Shown here piece by piece: positions 18,301 through 25,993 of a stretch of DNA of 27,701 nt. Source of the stretch: Pseudomonadota bacterium (lineage in GTDB: Bacteria; Bdellovibrionota_G; JALEGL01; DATDPG01); the NCBI GenBank assembly GCA_043804515.1, contig JAZDIZ010000175.1:1-27701 (forward strand), in the 5' to 3' direction. The notes beneath the pieces are model-generated. The model did no database searches, was not told the origin of the DNA, and saw nothing but the letters and a program-made list of their open reading frames with translations. Made by a program: the position numbers and the translations under genes. How positions within the stretch are numbered: the stretch's first letter is position 1; each line of letters opens with the position of its first letter.

Positions 18301-18924
18301 CAGGGAGCCGATTTGGCGTTTGAGTTCTCCGAGAACGTCGCTCACGCGAAGAAGGTTCTGCCGCGTGTATTCCATCTTCCGTTCGGCGGCCTTCTTGCGA
18401 TGTTTGTACTTCGTGATTCCGGCGGCCTCTTCGATGATGACCCTGCGATCTTCCGCTTTGCTGGCGACGAGCTGCCCTACCCGCCCCTGCTCGATGATCG
18501 AGTACGAGCTTTGGCCCACACCCGTGTCCAGAAAGATATCCACCAGGTCGCGGAGACGACACGGAGTCTTGTTGACGAAGAACTCGCTCGTGCCGTCCCG
18601 GAACACACGGCGGAGAACGTGGATCTCCGTGAACTGTTCATACGGTGGAGGCGCGGTGCCGTCACTGTTGTCCAGGACGAGAGAGACCTCCGCCATTCCC
18701 GTAGGGGGCCGGAATTCGCTCCCCGAGAAAATGAGATCCTGCATGCAGCGGCCGCGCAGTTCTTTGAAGCTGAGTTCGCCGGTGACCCACTTGATGGCGT
18801 CAACGACGTTGCTCTTTCCGCAGCCGTTAGGCCCTACGATCCCGGTAATGTTACCCGTAAAGTCGAGCGAGATTTTTTCGAGGAAGGATTTAAATCCAAC
18901 TACTTCTAACTTCTTGAGGCGCAC
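15316..18924 (-). CDS. smc: Chromosome segregation protein SMC
   Basis: GFKSF, Walker A GPNGCGKSN, coiled coils with central hinge (GRSSFMP, GDIVSSEGVVTGG), signature LSGGEK, Walker B LLDEVDAPLD; 1202 aa. Confidence 0.97.
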   Translation of the reverse strand: MRLKKLEVVGFKSFLEKISLDFTGNITGIVGPNGCGKSNVVDAIKWVTGELSFKELRGRCMQDLIFSGSEFRPPTGMAEVSLVLDNSDGTAPPPYEQFTEIHVLRRVFRDGTSEFFVNKTPCRLRDLVDIFLDTGVGQSSYSIIEQGRVGQLVASKAEDRRVIIEEAAGITKYKHRKKAAERKMEYTRQNLLRVSDVLGELKRQIGSLERQARKAERYKALSEEARALDLALSSTSYHAGVAHLKELERKEGETGVRTEGEAAEVTARDAVLESDRLAAAETERTLQNAQQKLMEMASQVSELEHQIANQKKDALLHEDAVERDRKRSEELLHAQTALEADALRLTSLIASLKKEREEGQAGLDEASAAESELHAGIGAIEAALEESTNRLLELVAREAQLKNGVASDREHAQEIGAALETRNRELQRAQSEHEELAGQYTRLQHDLGLLEQLKFGFERDHVEARTRLQGVEGEQLLGEQRLAQLKERIEGTKSRLAVLDEFDRTHQGYGQGVRAVLERHAQTGGRAAIILADLVRPRRGYERAVEAVLADRLKYILVEDPREALEDIAFLKNENRGRSSFMPARMRQQKELQELPSGPGVAGWLRDYVDTDSPYGAAVDRLLHNVLLVDTLPVALDLWGKGTARTLVTKEGDIVSSEGVVTGGSWEDEKGVLQIRGEIAELRQAVADLEAQRVSEERSLGRLEREARATIRQVESLGRALEQETRKTVSHEKDFERVEEALRRSRQAADLIRTEKAKLENELHVLEEEIASNLDHVRETERERADLDAELKLRSERLTGARETLASRSQEVTRLKVRVASTNEKVTAHEREEENLRTRITAAASDRTALIDNAKAHETDAAACRERAAAAENVRRDAVRRHQEQQVSNSALRTSYDALVERIRSEADVIKGLRERCSTYQEELNALRMALQEERLRVEYLATQITERYSIELASYVDREEFKPLKAEELEPIRSDLTDLRERMSKIGDVHLGAIEELHELEERHTFLSQQKDDLEKSLEALSSAIRKINLTTRERFQQTFEDVDAKFRDIFPRLFRGGKAKLVLTDPENLLESGIEIVAQPPGKRLQNLNLLSGGEKALTAIALLFAIFLHKAPPFCLLDEVDAPLDDENLRRYLSLVHEMSRQTQFILITHNKSSMEAVQNLYGITMEEPGVSRVVSVQLHERRAAQVRHVEEAAAASVA

Positions 18925-19020
18925 GAAACCCCTTCCGATTCGGAGGATTACCAGACCTGCACGGGGACGGAAAGCAAAATGAACGTATCGTACGTGCCTT
19001 ATGTGGCCATATACCCCGTC

Positions 19021-20964
19021 CTATCGAATGAGCTTGCGGAGCTGCGGATCGGGCCGGCTCAAATCGATGACGGAAATTCCGTTTGTATTCGTGTTGGCCA
19101 CATACGCAGTGAGGCGGGTATCCCCGGGGCGGGTGATTACGGCCACGGCACTGGGCCATCGGTTGGCGCCGTTCAGTATGGGGTCGATACCGTCCGTCGT
19201 GACGAACGTGAAGTAGTCGTCCCGAGTGGTCGGGTTTGGGAGCGAGGACCGAATGGCCAAGGCAATTGCGCCGGAATCGCTGGTGTACGGCGTCCCTTCA
19301 AAAGCCCTTCTTGTCTGGGCACCGGACTCCGAGCCGAGCGCAAGATAACTGCCGGAGACGCGCACTTCGATGTCCACGCTTCCCTGGTGCGCGGGTTGTG
19401 CCTCGAGCTGCAAAGTCTGATCGGATGCCACGGCCGTTATGGCGACTTCCTCCGGGCTCCCCGTCGGATCCAGGATTACATGGTCGCCCGCCTGAACGCC
19501 CGAGCTGAGAAACGTGGCGGTGGCGGAAGTCAATTGGTCGGCCGATACGGTGGCGGCCAGAGACGTTCCGGGAACGACGCCCTCATAGATCAATTGCCAC
19601 CTTTCCGCCTGGGTCACGCCGTCCACCGTGTCGATCGAGAGCAGATCGGGAGTCGACGGCGGCCCCGTGTCGGAGAACTGCACACCGAGTGCCAGGGATT
19701 GCGGCACGCGCCCCGTGGGATTGACGTCCACCCGCTGTTGGCTCGTAAGGTCGAGCAGATCGAGCGGGCCGGAAATCGTGGGGATCAAACCGAACGGCGC
19801 TCCGTTGAAGGTGTACGGAACAAGCGTGCGCCCCATGTCCGTGAGACGGATGGGACTCGCGACGGCCGACGAGGACAGATCGAACCGAGCCATTTGGCGC
19901 GTCCCGGGTGAAAAGAGATACAGGAAATTGGTGACGCCGTCGGCGGCTGCGGAAAAACTCTTGATGTTTGTGGCGAGGACGGTAACCGAAAGTGTTGGGG
20001 AGGCCGTCGTGTCGACGTCGAAGGCGTCGGCCGCAGCGGAATTCGGAATGAAGAGATGTCCGTTAACGAAGGCCGATCGGCCGGGCAACGGCGTAACGCC
20101 GGAAGTGTCCGCCAAATCCACCGGGGCTGAGAGCGAGAGGCTGGCAAGGTCGAACACGGCGACGCTCGGGGGGTCCGCCATGACGATGAAAAGTGACGAA
20201 CCGTCGCTCTTCAGATCCACGGGACGACCGGTCAACGGCAGGGGTTTGCCGACCACCGTGCCCAAGCGGAACGTGTCGCCATCCGTCGTAGGATCTCCCC
20301 CGGTTGTGATCGTGAACGAGACGGCCCCGTTATCCGTTGCGTAGGGCTTTCCCTCGGTCGCCCTCCCCGTCTGCCGGCCGGACTTCGAGCCGGTGACGAC
20401 GTAGTTCGCGCCGTCCTCGCTGAACCGAACCTGCCACTGCTCGCTTTGCGCGAGAGCCGGGTCCACGGATACCTGAGCCAGGTTGGGGGAGGACCTCCTT
20501 CCCACATCCTGCAAAAGCGGTTTGCTGTTTCGGCCCACAGCGGTGGCGCCGAGATCCACGGCCTGATGAGGAAGTTCGTTAAGCGCCGGGTCCGATGGAG
20601 GGATCGCGTCGAAAGCCCAGAGTTCGCGATGCTCGGCATCCGCGGCAAAGACGCGGGGCGCGGGATCCCGATCCTGGACATAAAGCGCCGAGGGTTCGCC
20701 CCCCATGGCGATCGGGCTGTTGGCGTAGTCGTCCCCTGTATCGGTGTCCACGAAGCGCTCTTGCTGTTGGTCCAGAACGGAAATCGTCCCCCCGACCTGG
20801 TTCGCAACGTAAAGCACGCGCGTCGTGCGGGAGTTGAACTGGATGTCCTTGGAGGACGCCTGAATGTCCACTGGGGCTTGGAGAATGAAGAAAGGGGCAT
20901 CCGAGGAGCCGCAGCCGGCAAGGAGGAACGCAAGCCCGCCGATGAAGGTGATCGGGGCCTTCAT
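19021..20964 (-). CDS. Lipoprotein, YncE-like beta-propeller blades with duplicated inserted beta-module
   Basis: FLLAG-C lipobox; LYVANQVGGTISVLD and AYVANTNTNGISVID blades; internal repeat. Confidence 0.8.
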   Translation of the reverse strand: MKAPITFIGGLAFLLAGCGSSDAPFFILQAPVDIQASSKDIQFNSRTTRVLYVANQVGGTISVLDQQQERFVDTDTGDDYANSPIAMGGEPSALYVQDRDPAPRVFAADAEHRELWAFDAIPPSDPALNELPHQAVDLGATAVGRNSKPLLQDVGRRSSPNLAQVSVDPALAQSEQWQVRFSEDGANYVVTGSKSGRQTGRATEGKPYATDNGAVSFTITTGGDPTTDGDTFRLGTVVGKPLPLTGRPVDLKSDGSSLFIVMADPPSVAVFDLASLSLSAPVDLADTSGVTPLPGRSAFVNGHLFIPNSAAADAFDVDTTASPTLSVTVLATNIKSFSAAADGVTNFLYLFSPGTRQMARFDLSSSAVASPIRLTDMGRTLVPYTFNGAPFGLIPTISGPLDLLDLTSQQRVDVNPTGRVPQSLALGVQFSDTGPPSTPDLLSIDTVDGVTQAERWQLIYEGVVPGTSLAATVSADQLTSATATFLSSGVQAGDHVILDPTGSPEEVAITAVASDQTLQLEAQPAHQGSVDIEVRVSGSYLALGSESGAQTRRAFEGTPYTSDSGAIALAIRSSLPNPTTRDDYFTFVTTDGIDPILNGANRWPSAVAVITRPGDTRLTAYVANTNTNGISVIDLSRPDPQLRKLIR

Positions 20965-22139
20965 TGGATCGTCTCCACACTAAGGGTCGTCTGATCGATG
21001 ACGGAAATTGAATCCGAAAGGAGATTGAGGACGTACATCACCCCGCGCGCTGCGTCCGGCACGATTTCCGCCGGAAGTGCTCCGAGCAGAAACTTCGTAT
21101 CCACGGCGCGCTTGGCGGTGTCGATGACGGTCAGCGTGTTTTCCAGATTGTCGGTGACAAACACTTTCGTCTCATCCGACGAGAGCGCGATTCCATCCAC
21201 TCCATGCCCTGTCGGGATGATGTCGACGATCGTCGGGCTGATGACTCTGAAATGATCGCCGGTTTCATGGATGTTGGAAACGTCCAGAACCACCACGCTC
21301 CCGATTCCACGGTGGGTCACGTAAGCGAGACCCGCTGTTGAGACGGCGATTCCCCGGACCCCTCCCGCCGCTGAAACACCTGAAAGATCCAGAACTCCCT
21401 CCACCTGCCGGCCCGCGATATCCAGGATATAGATCTGGCTGGTCAGCGTGGATGCGACGTACAGCAGGGTTCCGTCGGGGCCGGGGGTCATACGGCTTGC
21501 GCCTCTCCCGGGTCTGCTTCCGACCGATTGAAAATTGGCGGATGAGATGAGCGGCAGGCCGTTGAGAGCGCCGTCCATCGGATTCAGGTCCATGGGAAGC
21601 AGCGTGTCCGCGTCGATCGCCGAAACCGAGCCGTCCAGAAGGTTGGTCACGAACAACAGGTCCCCCGCGGGTGTGCCTACGGCTTCATACACATCGTAAG
21701 GATTGTTGTCGGTCTGCACGGCATTGGCCGACTTCTCGATCGGTGTCGGGGCGGCCACGGGAGCGAAGGCAATCGGTTCACCTGAGGGCCCCGGAATCGA
21801 ATACTGGTAGATGAGAAGCCCGTCCTCGGCCCGATCCACGACGTACACCCGGCTTCTCGGCACATCCACGGCGAGGCGCCCCGCCAGGCTAGGGATCGCG
21901 ATCAACGACTCGGGAACAAGGGCCTTTGTAGCCATGTTCACGGCGATCATCGAACCCGATTTCTCGCGGATATCGGGGTTCGTGTTGGCCACGATCGCGA
22001 AATCGGTTCCGGGAACAAGGGCCAATGCCCCCGGCCGATTCAGGTGGGGCTGCACATCCCGGCTGATCAGGGGAGCTTCAGAACACGCCGACAGAGCGGA
22101 TGCACAGAAAAAGAAAATGAGAAGCGACGTCTTCGGCAT
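20961..22139 (-). CDS. YncE/YVTN-type beta-propeller lipoprotein
   Basis: ALSA-C lipobox; repeated LFVTNLLDGSVSAID, VFVTDNLENTLTVID, MYVLNLLSDSISVID; ATGA overlap with the next gene. Confidence 0.85.
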   Translation of the reverse strand: MPKTSLLIFFFCASALSACSEAPLISRDVQPHLNRPGALALVPGTDFAIVANTNPDIREKSGSMIAVNMATKALVPESLIAIPSLAGRLAVDVPRSRVYVVDRAEDGLLIYQYSIPGPSGEPIAFAPVAAPTPIEKSANAVQTDNNPYDVYEAVGTPAGDLLFVTNLLDGSVSAIDADTLLPMDLNPMDGALNGLPLISSANFQSVGSRPGRGASRMTPGPDGTLLYVASTLTSQIYILDIAGRQVEGVLDLSGVSAAGGVRGIAVSTAGLAYVTHRGIGSVVVLDVSNIHETGDHFRVISPTIVDIIPTGHGVDGIALSSDETKVFVTDNLENTLTVIDTAKRAVDTKFLLGALPAEIVPDAARGVMYVLNLLSDSISVIDQTTLSVETIQ

Positions 22140-22176
22140 GAGGGGTATGGGAACCTAACCAAAAGACGGGCTTAGC

Positions 22177-22740
22177 TCAAGGAATGTAAAGTTGGGGCGT
22201 CGCCCAGACCATAGGTGCTAAAAGCGGGGCGCCGTTGTCCGAGGACGCGGAGAGGACGAGCATCCGGTTCTGGCCGCGATAAGCGGAAAGGTCCGCGATG
22301 AGGGTGTCCAGTTGTCCGTCCTTGGAAGCCGTCAATTCGGCCAAGGAAACGAAACGTCCTTCGTCCTGGATATAGATGGTGAATCGCGCCGAACTTCCGT
22401 CGGTGGCGGAATCCGTAAAGCCCACGTACGCCGAGATGGAAACCCCATCCTCATCGGGAACGTCCAGAAGGAAAACGCCGTGGACGTAAGAGGACTGCCC
22501 GTCCGGAACATTGATGGAGACCGCATCGGAGTTGACGGATCCGTTTTCCAAGGCCACGGGAACTCCGATGGGGCTGACCTGGATTTGGTCCCCGAATTCA
22601 GGGTGCCAGACGGCTTGATTGAGCGCAGGGCGCAGGGTATCCAACCCGCCATCGGGCGGTAACGTAGCCGCGGCCCCGCACCCGAACATGGCGAGGCCGG
22701 AAAGGAACGCGATCACGTAGCTGAGGCGGGTCGGCTTCAT
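22177..22740 (-). CDS. Small lipoprotein, possible NPCBM/galactose-binding-like beta-sandwich
   Basis: MKPTRLSYVIAFLSGLAMFG-C; ISAYVGFTD..SARFTIYI..ADLSAYRG..LVLSA pattern; extended -10 TGGTATAAT at 22756-22764. Confidence 0.7.
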   Translation of the reverse strand: MKPTRLSYVIAFLSGLAMFGCGAAATLPPDGGLDTLRPALNQAVWHPEFGDQIQVSPIGVPVALENGSVNSDAVSINVPDGQSSYVHGVFLLDVPDEDGVSISAYVGFTDSATDGSSARFTIYIQDEGRFVSLAELTASKDGQLDTLIADLSAYRGQNRMLVLSASSDNGAPLLAPMVWATPQLYIP

Positions 22741-23098
22741 TTCTATAACCCACAAATTATACCAGCTTTTTCTTCCCGATTCCACCGCGCCCGGGTCCGC
22801 ATTCTTGGCCTAAGAGCGTTGCCTAGAACCCTTCCGTGTTCCAGGGTTGTATTGGAAATCGGGCCAGACGTTTATCAAGACATGACGTCGAGCCGGACCG
22901 CATTTTCACGGAAACCGGTTCGCCGACCCCTCTTTTTCGGCACCGTCCCGGCATTGGCTATCGAGGAGCATTTCCGGGCATCGGGCTCCTTCAGGCATGC
23001 CGTCGTCCCCTGAACTTTTTGCATAGTGTCATGAACTAATTGCGGCGTGGGACTTGCCATCTCGCCGGCTAAGTCAGTGAAATTTTTCGAAAGACGAC

Positions 23099-23113
23099 TG
23101 GCACGCTTGTTGC
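23099..23113 (+). promoter_or_regulatory. Putative sigma54 promoter for the metalloprotease
   Basis: TGGCACGCTTGTTGC is an exact match to TGGCACG-N4-TTGC, about 90 nt upstream of ATG 23205. Confidence 0.75.
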
Positions 23114-23204
23114 CCTAAGTCTCTGAGCCCTCATGTCCCGCGCCTCCATAAAACCCCTGTCTGACCTGGCTGCGCGGCCATGGGAAATTCTCAGGGGGTG
23201 CAAA

Positions 23205-25565
23205 ATGTTTCCAATCCGGCTGACGAAACAATTTCTAGTTGCGCTTTCAATGGTGTTCTTGTCTTCCATTACGTGCTTCCTGCCCGAAGCACGGGGCCAA
23301 GGCCCCACGGGCGATCAGACCATCTTGGTGGTCCTCTTCAAACAGACCGGTTACGCGACTTCGATGACGCAGTCGCAGGTCGAAAGCATCGTGTTCGGAG
23401 AGATCAACAACTACTATCGTGAAGTATCCTACGGAAAGATGAGCATCAGCGGCGCCGTGTACGGATGGTACGAGCTTCCGAATGATCCATGCGTAAGCAC
23501 GAAACCCTTCTGGGACCGATTCGCCCTGGATAACGTCGATCGGAGCCAGTTTTCTCGCACGCTCGTCGTGCATGCCGGCCAAACCTGCCCGACCAACAGC
23601 GCCATAGCCATGGTGGGGGATGTTTTGGGGGGGCCTATCGCATGGGTTCCCGATGCCATGTTTGGCTTCTCAGTCCCGGCCCACGAGTTGGGGCACACGT
23701 TCGGCCTGGGACATTCCAACACAATGGATTGCCAGGGCTTGCCGATTATTTCGGGTGCGCCCCTGCTTTGCACGATCGGCTACTACCATGACTATGTCGA
23801 CCCCATGAGCAACGTGTTCACCAAAGGGTTTCTGAACGCCGGGCACATCGCTCGCGAAGGCTGGTTCAATGCCGGGAATCTCGTGACCGTCGCGGGTTCG
23901 CCCGGGCAGACCTTCGATTATGCATTGGAGCCTCTGGAGATCAACTCATACAACCTCAAGGCCCTTATGATCCCGCGGAACGCGAGCGATTCATTCGTGG
24001 TCGAATACCGCCAGCCGTTGGGAACCGACATGTCCCTCTCCGGGGATGTCTTTTCCGGGGCGTTTATCCACATGACGTGGTTCGGAAGCACGCTTGTGAT
24101 CGACTCCGCAAGCCCCGACTATCTCGAACCGTTCACGTGGCATCCGGGGCAGACGTTTACCGACCCGGCCACGAATACCTCGATCTCCGTTTTAAGCAGA
24201 ACCGCTGCGGCCCTCAACGTGCGGGTTACAATGGGAACGCCGGATCTGAATCCGCCGGACGCGATCGTAACCGCGCCGACCGAGGGTCAGGTGGTCTCGG
24301 GTACGATCACGCTCGGGGCCGACGTCGTCAACCGTGTGAACGGCGTGATTCTGGCGCCGGATATCATGCGTGTTCAATTCAGGGACACATACGGACAAAT
24401 GAATGCGACCGCCAGCGGACCTCCATATACGGCCACGTTCGACACGACCCGAAATTACTCCAACGGCATACACTATGTGTACGTGCTGGCGTGGGACAAC
24501 GCGGGAAACGTGCGGCAATCACCCTCCGTCCGGATCGATGTCGAGAACACGGACACGACCCCTCCGACGGTGACGTTCCAACTGCCGTATGAAGGCGGAT
24601 ACAATCAGAACCCGGTGACGATCCAGGTTCTGGCCCAGGACCCCAACTACAACGGCATTTCCAAGATCGAGCTGTACGACAACGATATTACGACGCCCTT
24701 CTTCGTTTCGACCGACGGCAGCGCAAGGATCAATACACAGGCCACGCTCGCGCCGGAAATGAATCATAGGATCACGGCGAAGGCGTATGACGGCGCCGGT
24801 AATATGGGAAGCGTGTCGGTGACGATCTTTGTCTCGAACCTGGCACCCAACCAGTTACCGAGCGTCAGTCTCTCGGCGACGCCGGGTAGCGGGGGAGCCG
24901 TAACATTCTCGGCTTCCGCCGGCGATTCGGACGGCACCATTCAGAGCTGTAACTTGGATTTCGGAGATGGCTCCGCATCCGTATCCTGCGGGAATGCCAT
25001 TTCTCACACGTATGCGCAGGGATCGTATCAGGCATGCGCGTCCGCAACCGACGATCGCGGTGGACAAGGGTCCGCCTGCAAACCGGTCTCGGTGAACTCG
25101 AAACTCAGAGTCCGCATCTCGTCGCCCAAAGGTTGGGGCGCGCCGCGTCGCCTCTCTCTTCTGGACCCCGTCAATATGTGCTCCACCGTAATCGAGGCGT
25201 TAGATGATGCGAGCGAACCGGCGACGGGAGCCCTCATTCGACTGGATGACAGCGGCCCTCTCGATTCCCGGGTCGAAAGATCTTTTGCCCCGTCCACGGA
25301 GTTCTCGTCTTCCGTTTCGTGGCAGTTGGATCAACTGCAGTTCGCGGTCCGCGTGGAGAGAGACTGCTCCATTACGCTGCTCTCCGCGAGCGACCCCAGC
25401 GCGGTCGAAATCGTGAACGACGGCGAAGGATCAGGCATGCAGGGAATATCCGTGTCGGGCGGCTGTGCCGTGCCCGACGGCTCGGCGGCGGAAGGAATCT
25501 GGGACCTGATTTTGATCGCGGCGTTTTTCGCAATACGGCGGCGCGACCAAAACCTGGCCGATTAG
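23205..25565 (+). CDS. Secreted metzincin metalloprotease (M6/M11-like) with two Ig-like domains, a PKD domain and a MYXO-CTERM-like tail
   Basis: Signal peptide; NYYREVSYGK; HELGHTFGLGH; DPM Met-turn; FVVEYRQ; D..PP.V...P Ig repeats; DSDGTI...DFGDG...HTY PKD; SGGC..hydrophobic..RRR C-terminus. Confidence 0.88.
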   Translation: MFPIRLTKQFLVALSMVFLSSITCFLPEARGQGPTGDQTILVVLFKQTGYATSMTQSQVESIVFGEINNYYREVSYGKMSISGAVYGWYELPNDPCVSTKPFWDRFALDNVDRSQFSRTLVVHAGQTCPTNSAIAMVGDVLGGPIAWVPDAMFGFSVPAHELGHTFGLGHSNTMDCQGLPIISGAPLLCTIGYYHDYVDPMSNVFTKGFLNAGHIAREGWFNAGNLVTVAGSPGQTFDYALEPLEINSYNLKALMIPRNASDSFVVEYRQPLGTDMSLSGDVFSGAFIHMTWFGSTLVIDSASPDYLEPFTWHPGQTFTDPATNTSISVLSRTAAALNVRVTMGTPDLNPPDAIVTAPTEGQVVSGTITLGADVVNRVNGVILAPDIMRVQFRDTYGQMNATASGPPYTATFDTTRNYSNGIHYVYVLAWDNAGNVRQSPSVRIDVENTDTTPPTVTFQLPYEGGYNQNPVTIQVLAQDPNYNGISKIELYDNDITTPFFVSTDGSARINTQATLAPEMNHRITAKAYDGAGNMGSVSVTIFVSNLAPNQLPSVSLSATPGSGGAVTFSASAGDSDGTIQSCNLDFGDGSASVSCGNAISHTYAQGSYQACASATDDRGGQGSACKPVSVNSKLRVRISSPKGWGAPRRLSLLDPVNMCSTVIEALDDASEPATGALIRLDDSGPLDSRVERSFAPSTEFSSSVSWQLDQLQFAVRVERDCSITLLSASDPSAVEIVNDGEGSGMQGISVSGGCAVPDGSAAEGIWDLILIAAFFAIRRRDQNLAD

Positions 25566-25574
25566 TGCTCGGCG

Positions 25575-25619
25575 CTTCGGCGAGACAGCCTTCGCCTCGC
25601 TACACTCGGCGAAGGCTGG
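25575..25619. repeat. Palindromic trailer fused to the tRNA-Ala CCA, same family as the tRNA-Arg trailer
   Basis: CTTCGGCGAGACAGCCTTCGCCTCGCTACACTCGGCGAAGGCTGG vs CTTCGGCGGGACAGCCTTCGCTTCGATTCACTCAGCGAAGGCTGG (14439-14483). Confidence 0.85.
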
Positions 25620-25692
25620 TGGAGCTGACCGGGATCGAACCGGCGACCTCCTCGTTGCGAACGAGGCGCTCTCCCAGCTGAGCTACAGCCCC
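25617..25692 (-). tRNA. tRNA-Ala(CGC)
   Basis: GGGGCTGTAGCTCAGCTGGGAGAGCGCCTCGTTCGCAACGAGGAGGTCGCCGGTTCGATCCCGGTCAGCTCCACCA; 76 nt; G3-U70 identity pair; anticodon CGC. Confidence 0.95.
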
Positions 25693-25771
25693 ACTTTGGA
25701 ACGGAGAGAGAGTGTGTGGGTATCAAACTTGGTTCGAGCTTACAAGATTGTGGTTCGATCCCGGTCCTCGC

Positions 25772-25933
25772 GCTGACCAGGATGCGGCGACTCTCGTCGC
25801 CAGCGTTGTAAGGTGAGTCGCTTGCACCCGGCACTGCCGGGTACCCGCTCGCGACTGTCATTGGAAACCTGCAACGTGAACCGGCGACCTCTTCGTTGCG
25901 AACGAAGCGCTCTCCCAGCTGAGCTACAGCCCC
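25772..25933 (-). pseudogene. Interrupted second tRNA-Ala(CGC): nt 1-57 (25933-25877), 93-nt insert, nt 58-69 (25783-25772), no 3' TCCACCA
   Basis: Near-identical to the intact gene over nt 1-57; 3' piece ATCCTGGTCAGC, then diverges. Confidence 0.85.
25784..25876 (-). ncRNA. 93-nt structured element in the T-loop of the tRNA-Ala copy (copy 2)
   Basis: Minus strand GGTTCA|CGTTGCAGG...GTCGCCGC|ATCCTGGTCAGC; homologous to 14195-14288. Confidence 0.7.
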
Positions 25934-25959
25934 ACTTGGGAAATGAATCAGGGAGCGAT

Positions 25960-25990
25960 TGGGTATCAAACTTAGTCCGAGCTTACAAGA
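25960..25990 (-). promoter_or_regulatory. Duplicated putative tRNA promoter (second copy 25717-25747)
   Basis: 31-bp segments 29/31 identical upstream of both tRNA-Ala copies; minus strand TTGTAA-N17-TACCCA with TG extension. Confidence 0.5.
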
Positions 25991-25993
25991 ACG

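Noticed and set aside
15466..18982. Long + strand ORFs opposite smc
   Set aside because: Antisense shadows typical of GC-rich coding DNA.
14481..25692. Whole interval between the two tRNAs as one mobile island
   Set aside because: It contains core genes apt and smc, the two tRNAs are different, and no mobility genes are present.
25562..25969. 135-aa minus-strand ORF
   Set aside because: It reads through both tRNA-Ala copies and the insert; spurious.
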